Positions 1 through 8,864 of a stretch of DNA of 64,000 bases are shown here, one piece after another (the first letter of the stretch is position 1; the number at the start of each line of letters is the position of its first letter). Made by a program: the position numbers and the translations under genes. The notes beneath the pieces are model-generated. The model was not told where the DNA came from, searched no databases, and saw only the letters and a program-made list of their open reading frames with translations. This DNA comes from a virus (Duplodnaviria > Caudoviricetes), in IMG/VR virus record IMGVR_UViG_2700988937_000001, positions 6,507 through 70,506 of that record; one strand, given 5' to 3'.

Positions 1-1
1 T

Positions 2-364
2 GGTAACGCAGAAGTCATGGCTGAGATCAATGTCGTGTGTCTGTTCGATGATCCGATGCCAAAGAATCGTGACGCTGAAATCCAAGAAGTTGTACTTTTG
101 GATTCCTCGAACCTGATTCTGAAAAGCATGGCTGTCGCAAAATTGCGAAAGTTGGGTTGGCAGTTCCCGACAGTTGATGCTTTTGGCAATCCGTTGACAG
201 ATGACGATATTGCAGCGATGTTGATTCAACAACAAGCCGCTCTGGCTGCTGCAATGGACCCGTTCTCAGCTAGCCTCGCTGGCGGGAATCCCGAGGAAAC
301 TTCTGATCAGTCCGAAGGCAACACACCCGATGACCAGACCATAGATCTTGGGGTGACCGGGTAA
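2..364 (+). CDS. Portal protein, C-terminal part (5'-truncated by window edge)
   Basis: The frame is open from position 2. 'FDDPMPKNRDAEIQE...' followed by an acidic low-complexity tail is typical of SPP1-like portal C-termini. It lies upstream of the head genes. Confidence 0.65.
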   Translation, partial: GNAEVMAEINVVCLFDDPMPKNRDAEIQEVVLLDSSNLILKSMAVAKLRKLGWQFPTVDAFGNPLTDDDIAAMLIQQQAALAAAMDPFSASLAGGNPEETSDQSEGNTPDDQTIDLGVTG

Positions 365-374
365 GATCGGGGCT

Positions 375-488
375 GTGGCCCGTATAGGTAGGCGTAAACG
401 TCGTCGCTTTTCGGTGATGACGAAATTTGTCTCGACCAAATACGGGAGCAAGGTAAAACTGGTGATTCCCGGACTAAGGAAAAGATGA
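375..488 (+). CDS. Small basic protein (37 aa, MARIGRRKRRRFSVMTKFVSTKYGSKVKLVIPGLRKR), not in ORF track
   Basis: Manual translation from GTG at 375. Its TGA overlaps the next ATG (ATGA). Composition matches the neighbouring basic proteins. Confidence 0.55.
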   Translation: MARIGRRKRRRFSVMTKFVSTKYGSKVKLVIPGLRKR

Positions 489-580
489 TGGATTATCAGT
501 TCGCCTGGACGTGGTTCGTCCTCAATCATATCTTGGTGCATTTTCTTCGTGAGATTGGCGAGGCGATGCATCATGATTAA
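485..580 (+). CDS. Small hydrophobic protein (31 aa, MMDYQFAWTWFVLNHILVHFLREIGEAMHHD), not in ORF track
   Basis: TAAGGA RBS upstream; ATGA overlap with the previous ORF; fills the gap before 596. Confidence 0.45.
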   Translation: MMDYQFAWTWFVLNHILVHFLREIGEAMHHD

Positions 581-595
581 TACGGGAGCCGACGC

Positions 596-793
596 ATGGC
601 CGGGAAAAAGAAAAAGCGCGGTACGTACCGGGGCTTCAAGAGCAAAAAGCAGTGGCGTTGGGCTTTCGCAACCAAGCAACCTTGGGCGCGTGAGAAAGCC
701 CATAAAACCAAGGGCGGCAAAAAGATAAGATATCGCCGTTTGCCTGAGTCAAAACATAGCGGTAAAAAAGGATCGCGTAGAAGGAAACGGTAG
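596..793 (+). CDS. Small highly basic protein
   Basis: 65 aa, K/R-rich; GGGAG RBS; abuts the next gene. Confidence 0.75.
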   Translation: MAGKKKKRGTYRGFKSKKQWRWAFATKQPWAREKAHKTKGGKKIRYRRLPESKHSGKKGSRRRKR

Positions 794-1216
794 ATGGCAA
801 GGGGCATGACTGCGCGTCAACGCGCAGCGCTGAAAAAGGCCCAAGCTGCAAGCGCAAGAAAACGCAGAGGTAAGGGCAAAGGAAAACTTGCTGCTGCTAA
901 TCGCAAGTTGGATTCCCGCAAGCGTCGTACTCGCAAAGCTCTGAAAATCGGTGTCGCCACTGCTGCTGTTGGTGGCGTCGCTTACGGAGCATATCGAGGA
1001 AACTCTATTCGTAATCGTAAAAACGCTGCGATCAAAGAAGCGAAGACGATTCAAAAGAAGCATCGCGACAACTTCCGAAAAGCTGTTGCTGATTCCAAAG
1101 CTGATCCTCATAACAAGAGAAAGAAAACTCTTGTCAGAGTGCATCGGCGTTCTTTGCGAATCGCGAGTGCCCGAAGCGTTCACAGAGCGATTATCAAGCA
1201 ACATACAGGACGATAA
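794..1216 (+). CDS. Basic leader-motif family protein 1
   Basis: MTARQRAALKKAQAASARKRR leader followed by a Gly/Ala hydrophobic segment. Confidence 0.85.
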   Translation: MARGMTARQRAALKKAQAASARKRRGKGKGKLAAANRKLDSRKRRTRKALKIGVATAAVGGVAYGAYRGNSIRNRKNAAIKEAKTIQKKHRDNFRKAVADSKADPHNKRKKTLVRVHRRSLRIASARSVHRAIIKQHTGR

Positions 1217-1438
1217 ATGAGACGCAGCGCACGCCAACGTGCAGCATCCCGGCGAAACCTGATTAAGGCTCGTCGGGTACGTGCTCATGACACCTGGACG
1301 CATTGGGGCAAAAAGGGTCTTAGCGCAATGGTTTCCACGGCTACTTTTGGTACCGGAAACAAGGCGAACACGTGGATTTCTGGGAACTACAGAAAGAAAC
1401 CGAGCAAGCTTTTCAAAGACCGTTCTAAGAGGCGCTGA
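1217..1438 (+). CDS. Basic protein with a divergent leader (SARQRAASRRNL)
   Basis: Tightly packed in the operon; partial match to the leader motif. Confidence 0.75.
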   Translation: MRRSARQRAASRRNLIKARRVRAHDTWTHWGKKGLSAMVSTATFGTGNKANTWISGNYRKKPSKLFKDRSKRR

Positions 1439-1980
1439 TGGCGAAAAACAAGCGTGGTCGTCATTATAAAATGACACCCCGGCGTAAGGCCGCTCTGCGC
1501 AAGGCCCAGGCTGCCAGTGCCAGGGCACGTCGTCGGCGCGTTGGCAAGGCGGCTGGCCTGGTGGCCGGTACGATTGCCGCAGGTGCGGTGGCCTACGCTG
1601 CTCACAGAAGTATCGATAATCGAAAAAGAACTGTGCAAACGAGAATGCGTCATGTTGCAGGGGTACGTGCCGCGCACCGACCGAAAAAGTACAGAGGGAC
1701 CAAGGCTTTAGTTCATCTTCCTGGTTTGGGATATACGCATTCTGACCCCAGGAAAACGGTGATTCCCCCAGGATGGGGTCAAGCTCATTTCAGCGCTCCG
1801 AAGAGTATCAAAACTACACCAGAAACAATTTTCAAAGTCTCATCCACTGGCACGGTTTCCCGCACAACGAAAAAGAGAATGATCTACGATCTGAATCGTA
1901 GACGGCAATATTGGCAGGCAAAACCCGTCGGTGGAGCACCACGTAAAAAGTACACTAGCAAAAAGCGAGGTAGGATGTAA
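1438..1980 (+). CDS. Basic leader-motif family protein 2
   Basis: YKMTPRRKAALRKAQAASARARR plus a hydrophobic segment; TGATG overlap. Confidence 0.85.
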   Translation: MAKNKRGRHYKMTPRRKAALRKAQAASARARRRRVGKAAGLVAGTIAAGAVAYAAHRSIDNRKRTVQTRMRHVAGVRAAHRPKKYRGTKALVHLPGLGYTHSDPRKTVIPPGWGQAHFSAPKSIKTTPETIFKVSSTGTVSRTTKKRMIYDLNRRRQYWQAKPVGGAPRKKYTSKKRGRM

Positions 1981-2525
1981 TGGCACGCAGACGTCGCTAT
2001 GGCAGCTTTACTCCTGCGCGCCGCGCTGCTCTGAAAAAGGCGCAACTCGCAAGTGCTCGTAAGCGTCGCCGTGGAATCAGTAAGAAAAAGGCTGTAATCG
2101 GCGCAACCCTCGCTCTGGCGGGTGGAGCCGCTGCGGTTTACGGTTCGAGAAAGTTGCAAACCGTCAATCGCAAGCAAAATGCGATGAAGAAACTTTCGGG
2201 AACTCGCGTGACGCTGACAATCACCAAGCCAATTAGCGGAAGATATTCCAGCTCTGGAATTTCTCGCTCCGGTTTGGGTGTGATGCGGGTTCATCACGGA
2301 TCGCTTACGCAAGGTTTGCGCATTTCCACTATCGGTGGAATGGGAATTTCGGCCTCTACGCTCACCGGCAAAAAGACTCCCAGTCGAGTTCGAAAGATCG
2401 ACAGGGACGCGATTCCGTTCTACGACAAGAATAATAGTCAGAGTTGGCCTAGCAAGCATGGCGGTACGATTGCAAACGTTCGTCGGGTCAATAGGTTAAA
2501 GCGTAAGAAGGGGTTGTTGGAGTAA
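1980..2525 (+). CDS. Basic leader-motif family protein 3
   Basis: FTPARRAALKKAQLASARKRR plus a hydrophobic segment; TAATG overlap. Confidence 0.85.
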   Translation: MARRRRYGSFTPARRAALKKAQLASARKRRRGISKKKAVIGATLALAGGAAAVYGSRKLQTVNRKQNAMKKLSGTRVTLTITKPISGRYSSSGISRSGLGVMRVHHGSLTQGLRISTIGGMGISASTLTGKKTPSRVRKIDRDAIPFYDKNNSQSWPSKHGGTIANVRRVNRLKRKKGLLE

Positions 2526-3412
2526 TGGCAAAGCGTCGTTATCGCGGTCCCTACAAAATGACCGCTCGTCGTCGGTATGCCTTGAAAAAGGCTCAAGAGG
2601 CGTCGGCCAAAAAGCGTAGGAAGAACGCGATCAAGAAAATCGGTGCTGCTGCTGGCGCAATCGGTGGACTTGCTGTTGCCGGTTACCTGGGGCACCGCTA
2701 CGGAAGCGCAAAAATCCAGCAATCCGTGAAGAACAATCGGATCAAGGTAATGACTGCGCATCGTGGTAAAGTCGTGCAACTCAACGCTGCACGAAAAGCA
2801 GTTCAGCCAGGGGCAAAAGAAGCGACTCGCGTAGCTAGCGCTATTTCTGTTGCGCACCCCAGCCGCACAACAATCACTGCTAGTGATCGGGCACGCGCAG
2901 AAAGCGTTCGCAGCAAGCTCAAAAAGCAGTCGATGCCGCCGATTTACGATTCGACCGGCAGGAACATTGGTGGTCCTGATCGTCGTTCTTACGACGAAGA
3001 CAACAACATTCGCTCTGAGGCGATGACAAATCGTTCTGTTCGCAGAACTTTGAAGCAATCGAAAAAGAACACTCAGGGCAAAAAGACAGGCTCACTCAAG
3101 GGAACTCCCGGTGGTACGAAAACGCCGCCCAAGGCAATTCCGCATCGTCCAGAAACTTGGAAAGACGATGATTGGGCCGCAGCGCTGGCCTTCGATACGC
3201 CTACGCGACAGCCGCTTTCAGGCGGCTCGTCCGGTAAGGGCCGCGGAACTACGGGAACGCCACGACGCGATCCTTTGCACACGCTTGCAAAGATGCGTTA
3301 CGACGACGCAAAACTTCTGGGATCGGGTGCTCCTGGCGCCGGTGACACAGATGCGTTTTTGCGAAATGCGGGAACTTCGCGATCTACTCCGAGACGACCA
3401 AAAAAAGCGTAA
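2525..3412 (+). CDS. Basic leader-motif family protein 4 (possible -1 frameshift extension to 3621)
   Basis: YKMTARRRYALKKAQEASAKKRR plus a hydrophobic segment; ends CCA AAA AAA GCG TAA followed by a hairpin. Confidence 0.85.
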   Translation: MAKRRYRGPYKMTARRRYALKKAQEASAKKRRKNAIKKIGAAAGAIGGLAVAGYLGHRYGSAKIQQSVKNNRIKVMTAHRGKVVQLNAARKAVQPGAKEATRVASAISVAHPSRTTITASDRARAESVRSKLKKQSMPPIYDSTGRNIGGPDRRSYDEDNNIRSEAMTNRSVRRTLKQSKKNTQGKKTGSLKGTPGGTKTPPKAIPHRPETWKDDDWAAALAFDTPTRQPLSGGSSGKGRGTTGTPRRDPLHTLAKMRYDDAKLLGSGAPGAGDTDAFLRNAGTSRSTPRRPKKA

Positions 3413-3613
3413 GCCCTTCGGGGCTTGGCGCTGGGTCAAAAGCTATTTATAGCGCTTCTCACGGAAGATCGTTGGAGAGAACTGAATACAAAGTCAATAT
3501 TGTAAAGGCTCATGCCAATGGGAAATACGATATTGAGTGGTCTTACGACTGGAACGGTAAAAAGGTTACCAACCGGAGAAAAAATGTTTCGGGTAGACGA
3601 ATAAGGGGTCTTG

Positions 3614-3964
3614 ATGGCTAGACGATACAGAATGACCCCTCGTAGACGCGCTGCTTTGAAAAAGGCTCAGGCCGCATCTGCAAGAAAGCGAAGGCGTAAT
3701 CGTGTCAAGTCTATTGCCAGAACTGTTGGCACTGGCGCTGCTTTTGTTGGCAGCACTTTTGCTGCATATCACCTGAACCGCTACATCGTGAATCCGCATC
3801 ATGCGGTTCGTGAAGGCGCGGCTGCTGGAAAGGCGATTGGCAAGGGTGCAACTTCACTCACTCGCAAAGTGAAAAAGAAGCCCGTGCGACGCACGAGTGA
3901 AATCAAACGTTCGGTGAAGACCGTGAAAAAGGCAACTGACTGGTCTAAGTTCGGATACCTGTAA
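3614..3964 (+). CDS. Basic leader-motif family protein 5
   Basis: YRMTPRRRAALKKAQAASARKRR; AAGGGG RBS before ATG 3614. Confidence 0.85.
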   Translation: MARRYRMTPRRRAALKKAQAASARKRRRNRVKSIARTVGTGAAFVGSTFAAYHLNRYIVNPHHAVREGAAAGKAIGKGATSLTRKVKKKPVRRTSEIKRSVKTVKKATDWSKFGYL

Positions 3965-4569
3965 TGGCGAAGCGACCTTATGTAATGACGCCTGCGCGAA
4001 AAGCTGCATTGCGCAAGGCGCAATTGGCATCTGCAAAAGCGCGCAAGGGAAAGCGTAAGGCTGGTACTCGTCGTCATTATAGCTCTAATCCGTACAAGCG
4101 CGGCGTAGGCGTGGCGGGTTTGAAGAAAAACACAGTTCCGTACGCACGCATTAACCAAAAATCGGGAACTATCGGTGTCAACAGTGGCACGATTATTCCG
4201 TTCACCGGCAAGCGCATTTCTTTCGGCGGATACGTTCGTGTTGAAAATCGCACGAAGCCAATCAGTGCGACCCAGACAAAAATTGCCAATAAGATTGCTC
4301 GTAAAGGATCTAAGCCTGGGGCTGTCAGAAGTTGGTTCAACGATAACGTAATCGTTCAGTCTCCTGCTGTGCGTGCTAATGTTGGTGGTGCGCAAGTAAG
4401 GCTGGGAACCTCTAGAAGTGCGGGTTCTACTGTCATTGTCCGTAAAGGTTCCCATAAAACAGTCCAAAAGAAATCAGTTGCAGGAGTCAGAAAGTATGAC
4501 CGACGGATGAGAACTATTGCGGGGCAACAGGTAAAAAAGAAGAAAAAGCGTCCCCAGCGAAGAGGCTAA
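3964..4569 (+). CDS. Basic leader-motif family protein 6
   Basis: YVMTPARKAALRKAQLASAKARK; the body is rich in beta-forming residues. Confidence 0.85.
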   Translation: MAKRPYVMTPARKAALRKAQLASAKARKGKRKAGTRRHYSSNPYKRGVGVAGLKKNTVPYARINQKSGTIGVNSGTIIPFTGKRISFGGYVRVENRTKPISATQTKIANKIARKGSKPGAVRSWFNDNVIVQSPAVRANVGGAQVRLGTSRSAGSTVIVRKGSHKTVQKKSVAGVRKYDRRMRTIAGQQVKKKKKRPQRRG

Positions 4570-4572
4570 AAT

Positions 4573-5013
4573 ATGACAGACGTGGATAACCCGGCCTCAC
4601 CAAGCCACAGAAATCATCTGATTTCAACAAACGGGAAACGCGCCGTTCTAATAGAGCCAGAAATCCCACTCTTAGAATCAACAGTTTCACAACTGCTGGA
4701 AGAGTTGGACGGGCACTATTTGGAGCGGTGCGGTTTCATATCCAAGCACGAACAAAATATCTACCCCGTTCACAACGCGCACGAGTTCGCGTCCATGAAT
4801 TTCTATATGGACGAAGACGATGCTGTAGAAGCCATTCGCAATATCTATGATCGTGATCATGATGAAATCATGGGGATTTATCATACGCATCCGAATGGTT
4901 ACCCTTGGCCGTCACCACGAGACATCTTGGGATGGCCGAAAGTAGAACTTGGGTGGCGTTACTTTTTGGTTTCACGGGGGAATGTCACGGAGTGGAGGCT
5001 CATAAGTGACTAG
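4573..5013 (+). CDS. JAB/MPN+ (JAMM) metalloprotease
   Basis: N-terminal ERCG (catalytic Glu) and the HxHx7SxxD motif YHTHPNGYPWPSPRD. Confidence 0.85.
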   Translation: MTDVDNPASPSHRNHLISTNGKRAVLIEPEIPLLESTVSQLLEELDGHYLERCGFISKHEQNIYPVHNAHEFASMNFYMDEDDAVEAIRNIYDRDHDEIMGIYHTHPNGYPWPSPRDILGWPKVELGWRYFLVSRGNVTEWRLISD

Positions 5014-5920
5014 TCCTACCCCTCATGATCGCGCAGACGATTACATGGAGCTTAGAAAACGATGGTTGAACAGATACGCACGGGTTCAGGCTCAGGCCGA
5101 CAAGAAACTCCGGGATGCTCTTATTCAAGCAGCGGAAGATGCGTACAAACAATTGATATCGGAGACTTCAAAAAGCACGTTTTCGGCACATGTGAAAAGT
5201 GCCCAAATCCGCATCCTGCTAAAGGAAATTAGGGGTATCCTTGATGACCTCTTCGGAGAAGAACTCAAAATTATCCATCTTGGACAATCAGACGCAGCTA
5301 TCGCCGCTGTCATGGCGTTCGCCGACACAGATCGAGATTACCTTAACGCCGTTTTCAAAGCCTCCGGAGGAAACACAGCAGATTTTATTGAAGGGCAAAA
5401 ACGTTCGGCTGTTACCGGGGTCGCCCACGCAATTTCCCGATTCGCAAAAACTGATAAAAGCCTATCGCAAAGAGTGTACGATACACGTGCCCTTGCAAAC
5501 GGATGGGTTAAACAGCGAGTTACTTCACATATTATTCGGGGAACGGGCGCAAAAGAACTTGCAAGGGATGTTCGCAAGTTTATCAAACCGAATACGCCTG
5601 GCGGGGTTAGCTACGCAGCGATGCGTCTTGCGCGCACAGAAATTAATAATGCGTTTCACGCGACGAGTGTCGCACTTGCAGAAGATCGACCCTGGGTAGA
5701 GGGAATGCGCTGGAATCTCAGCGCAACGCATTTGACAAAGAAGCACGATAACTGTTTGTGCGAAAGATACGCTGGTCAAATCTTTTCTATCGGAGACGTG
5801 CCAGGAAAGCCGCACCCACAATGTCGGTGTTTCGTCACGCCTCAAGTCGAATCATTGGACGTCTTTATGCGTCACTTGACGAGTGGACAATTTAGGAGTT
5901 GGATAAGTGAAGCAGCATAA
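5006..5920 (+). CDS. MuF/SPP1 gp7-like minor head protein
   Basis: RLARTE and PHPQCRC motifs; located in the head module. Confidence 0.85.
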   Translation: MTSPTPHDRADDYMELRKRWLNRYARVQAQADKKLRDALIQAAEDAYKQLISETSKSTFSAHVKSAQIRILLKEIRGILDDLFGEELKIIHLGQSDAAIAAVMAFADTDRDYLNAVFKASGGNTADFIEGQKRSAVTGVAHAISRFAKTDKSLSQRVYDTRALANGWVKQRVTSHIIRGTGAKELARDVRKFIKPNTPGGVSYAAMRLARTEINNAFHATSVALAEDRPWVEGMRWNLSATHLTKKHDNCLCERYAGQIFSIGDVPGKPHPQCRCFVTPQVESLDVFMRHLTSGQFRSWISEAA

Positions 5921-5942
5921 CCCCGGCAACGAAGGACATCCT

Positions 5943-6728
5943 GTGTCTGAGAACATTTCTTTCCCGTGGAGCAAGCGAATGGACCCGATGTTTTCTGTGA
6001 ACGCAGAGGAAATCGCGAAGCGAGTTCTGCCCATCTTCGGTGGTACCTCCCCCGAAACTACGAGCACGGAGACCGCGCAGACCACGCAGACTCCGCAGAC
6101 TGAAAAGAAGGACGAAGAGAAGTCTTCAGATTCGGGCAAGAGCGAGCCGCAGAAAAAGGAATACTCGCCCGAAGAAGTCTCGTCGATTCTTGAACAGGTC
6201 GCAGAAACTCAGGCCAAGCTCGAAGAAGCAACTAAGAAACTCAAGACTTTTGAGTCTGAGCAGGAAAAGCAAAAGCGCGCTGCGATGAGCAAGGAAGAAG
6301 CGCTTCAGGCTGATTATGAGCAGGCTCAGCAGATCATCGTTAAGCTTGACGCTGCTCTGAAAAATCAAGCTGTGATCAATGCGATCAATGGTTTCAAGGA
6401 CATTCAGTTCCATGACACGAAGTTTGTTCTGAACGAACTGAAGAATTCCGCCCCCGAGATTTTCGAAGACATGGAAGTCGATTTGGACGGCGGAACGGTT
6501 ACTGTTTCGGGTGTGGAAAATCACCTTCGCAGGATTGCCAAGGAAAAGGATTGGGCAGTCAAGAAAATTTCGACTCCCGAAAATTCGAATCAACATCAAA
6601 ATCCGACCCCGGTTCCTCGTGGGTCGGGTGCTCCCCCGGCTAACCCCGGTCTCAGCGGTGACAAGGCGACACGACGCAAGGCTCTCGCTGAGAAGTTCCC
6701 CGTGATCAGTCATGGACGTAGGCTGTGA
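5943..6728 (+). CDS. Capsid scaffolding protein
   Basis: Acidic, coiled-coil, with a Pro-rich C-terminus; upstream of the capsid genes. GAAGGA RBS before GTG 5943 (ORF track start 5907). Confidence 0.75.
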   Translation: MSENISFPWSKRMDPMFSVNAEEIAKRVLPIFGGTSPETTSTETAQTTQTPQTEKKDEEKSSDSGKSEPQKKEYSPEEVSSILEQVAETQAKLEEATKKLKTFESEQEKQKRAAMSKEEALQADYEQAQQIIVKLDAALKNQAVINAINGFKDIQFHDTKFVLNELKNSAPEIFEDMEVDLDGGTVTVSGVENHLRRIAKEKDWAVKKISTPENSNQHQNPTPVPRGSGAPPANPGLSGDKATRRKALAEKFPVISHGRRL

Positions 6729-6805
6729 CACGGCGTGTTCTTTCGGGATTATCCGGCTTGACACGGTAGTATTGACCCCGAACAACCCCTTACGGAGGAT
6801 TCACA

Positions 6806-7504
6806 ATGGCGCTTAAGACCAAGCCGCGCTGGGACAAGTACGACGGCTACGTTGGCAACTACCGGGGCGTCCTCGGTGAGGACATCGACCTGGACACCGA
6901 AGCGAACCGAGTTTTGGCAGTCGGCACAAATTCGAACGGCGCTATTGTTGTTGGTGCCGGTCAAACCGGAATCAAGGGTTTGATGATTGTTGCTGTCGGC
7001 GCTGACATTCACGGTGCGATGCTTGACGGTGGAATCAACAACCATGCGGGTGATCCGCAGGATGTCGGAAAGCACGGCGAAATCACGAATTTCCAACCGA
7101 CGGTTTTCGGACGAACCTTCGGAGTTGCGATTTCCGCAACCGAAGGAAACGTGAAGTTGGCCGTGAATGGTGTTGACACCGGAAACATCGCCTACGACAC
7201 ATCCGCTGCAAATCTGAAGTCGGGCATTGTTGCAGTCGATGACGGTTTTACTGCGGATGATTTTACGGTGACCGGTACGGCTCCGAATTTCACTATCGTT
7301 ACGACTCGAACTGACGTTACGATCACTGCTTCCGGTGAAGGTGTGACCGTTACCGAAGCAACTTCGGTTGCTGCGGCTGGCACGAATTACTACGGCCACG
7401 CGGACGGAACTGTAAATGCCGTCAAGGGTTCTGACGGTGTTTATGTCGGTCACACCCAAGAGGCTGATCGACTCATCGTGAACGTCAAGGACGAAGAAGA
7501 CTAG
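6806..7504 (+). CDS. Capsid accessory/decoration protein
   Basis: Gly/Thr/Val-rich beta-type protein between scaffold and MCP; GGAGG RBS. Confidence 0.65.
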   Translation: MALKTKPRWDKYDGYVGNYRGVLGEDIDLDTEANRVLAVGTNSNGAIVVGAGQTGIKGLMIVAVGADIHGAMLDGGINNHAGDPQDVGKHGEITNFQPTVFGRTFGVAISATEGNVKLAVNGVDTGNIAYDTSAANLKSGIVAVDDGFTADDFTVTGTAPNFTIVTTRTDVTITASGEGVTVTEATSVAAAGTNYYGHADGTVNAVKGSDGVYVGHTQEADRLIVNVKDEED

Positions 7505-7544
7505 TCCCGAATTCCACTGAGCTGAAAAGATCAATTAGAAGGGA

Positions 7545-8756
7545 ATGCCCAATATGGCAACCAAGGAACTGAAGATCGGCGGCGTTCCCGTCTTCCCGAT
7601 CTTTGGTGGAACCGCACCGGTTCGCCAAGAAGGGATAATGACGCAGGGTGACCTTGTAACAGTCACTTCTGACGGCATTGACCTCAACGCTCTGTGGAAT
7701 TCGTTCGCAGAGTCGATTGCCATCTACAACGAAGCGATGGATAACCTTATCCAGCTTTTGACTTATCCGGTCACCGTGCCGGTTGAGCCTGTTGTTCAGA
7801 TCGGCGAAACCACTTTTGAAGAGGCCACGGAGCTTGGCGTTCCGCGTGGTGCCGGTCTGCCCATTGAAGTTTTCCAAATGGGCTACGATCTGCGTCACTA
7901 CGACAAGCGGAATGCCTACTCGTGGATGTTCCTTGCTGATGCGGATGGGCGTCAGGTTGAGGCTATTCACGATGCAGTTCTGTGGGCTGACAAGCGCCTC
8001 GTTTTCCGTAAGGTGATGGAAGCGCTTTTCGACAACCGCACTCGTCGTGCAAACATCCGTAACCAGGCGTACAACGTTTATCCGCTGTACAACGGCGATG
8101 GCGTTCCCCCGCCACGGTTCAAGAACAACGTCTTCGATGAGACGCACTCGCACTACGTGATTTCGCACAACTCCGTTGTCGATTCCAGTGACCTGGAAGA
8201 TTTGATGGAGCTGCTTGCGGAGCACGGTTATTCGCCGCAAGCCGGAACGCAATTCCTGCTGCTGGCGAACAAGGCCGAAACGGATGCGATTCGTCAATTC
8301 CGTCGTGGCGTTGTGAACAACAACGGCGCGACTGCTGGCTACGATTTCATTCCGTCGCCGACGCAGCCCGCGATGATGCTTCCGAATGCCGAAGGTCTTC
8401 TCGGTAATCAGCCTGCACCCACTTTCGGTGGTCTGGCTGTTATCGGTTCCTACGGTTTCTGGAACATCGTGGAAGAGGATTACATTCCTCCCGGCTATCT
8501 CGTCGGTGTTGGTTACGGCGGCGCTTTCAACCTGGGCAACCCGGTTGGTCTGCGCCAACACGCAAATCCCGCGATGCAAGGTTTGCGAATCATCGCCGGT
8601 AACTACCAGCGTTATCCGCTCGTTGACGGTTTCTACGCTCGTAGCTTCGGCACCGGTGTTCGTCAACGCGGTGGTGCGGCGATCATGCAAATCAAGGCCA
8701 GCGGCGCTTACGAGTGCCCGCCGATTTACAAGAAGGGCGGGGGCTTCCTCGTCTAA
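7545..8756 (+). CDS. Major capsid protein
   Basis: 403 aa, strong codon bias, position after scaffold and accessory genes; the start may be ATG 7554. Confidence 0.85.
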   Translation: MPNMATKELKIGGVPVFPIFGGTAPVRQEGIMTQGDLVTVTSDGIDLNALWNSFAESIAIYNEAMDNLIQLLTYPVTVPVEPVVQIGETTFEEATELGVPRGAGLPIEVFQMGYDLRHYDKRNAYSWMFLADADGRQVEAIHDAVLWADKRLVFRKVMEALFDNRTRRANIRNQAYNVYPLYNGDGVPPPRFKNNVFDETHSHYVISHNSVVDSSDLEDLMELLAEHGYSPQAGTQFLLLANKAETDAIRQFRRGVVNNNGATAGYDFIPSPTQPAMMLPNAEGLLGNQPAPTFGGLAVIGSYGFWNIVEEDYIPPGYLVGVGYGGAFNLGNPVGLRQHANPAMQGLRIIAGNYQRYPLVDGFYARSFGTGVRQRGGAAIMQIKASGAYECPPIYKKGGGFLV

Positions 8757-8864
8757 AACGGTCAGGATTCCTGAGAGTAAAAACAGAGGTCGGACGAAAA
8801 CTGGTATCGCATGTCCGATTTAATAAACCAGACTTTCAGGTTTTCATTCTAGAAAGGGAATGGA

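Noticed and set aside
794-4569. RR-containing leaders plus hydrophobic segments as Tat signal peptides
   Set aside because: There is no S/T-R-R-x-F-L consensus directly before the hydrophobic region, a long basic stretch intervenes, and no clear AxA cleavage site follows. Not fully excluded.
7485-8690. Long minus-strand ORFs (e.g. 7485-8690, 17577-18860, 38034-38990, 49023-50039)
   Set aside because: They are antisense shadows of codon-biased + strand genes with clear functional motifs.
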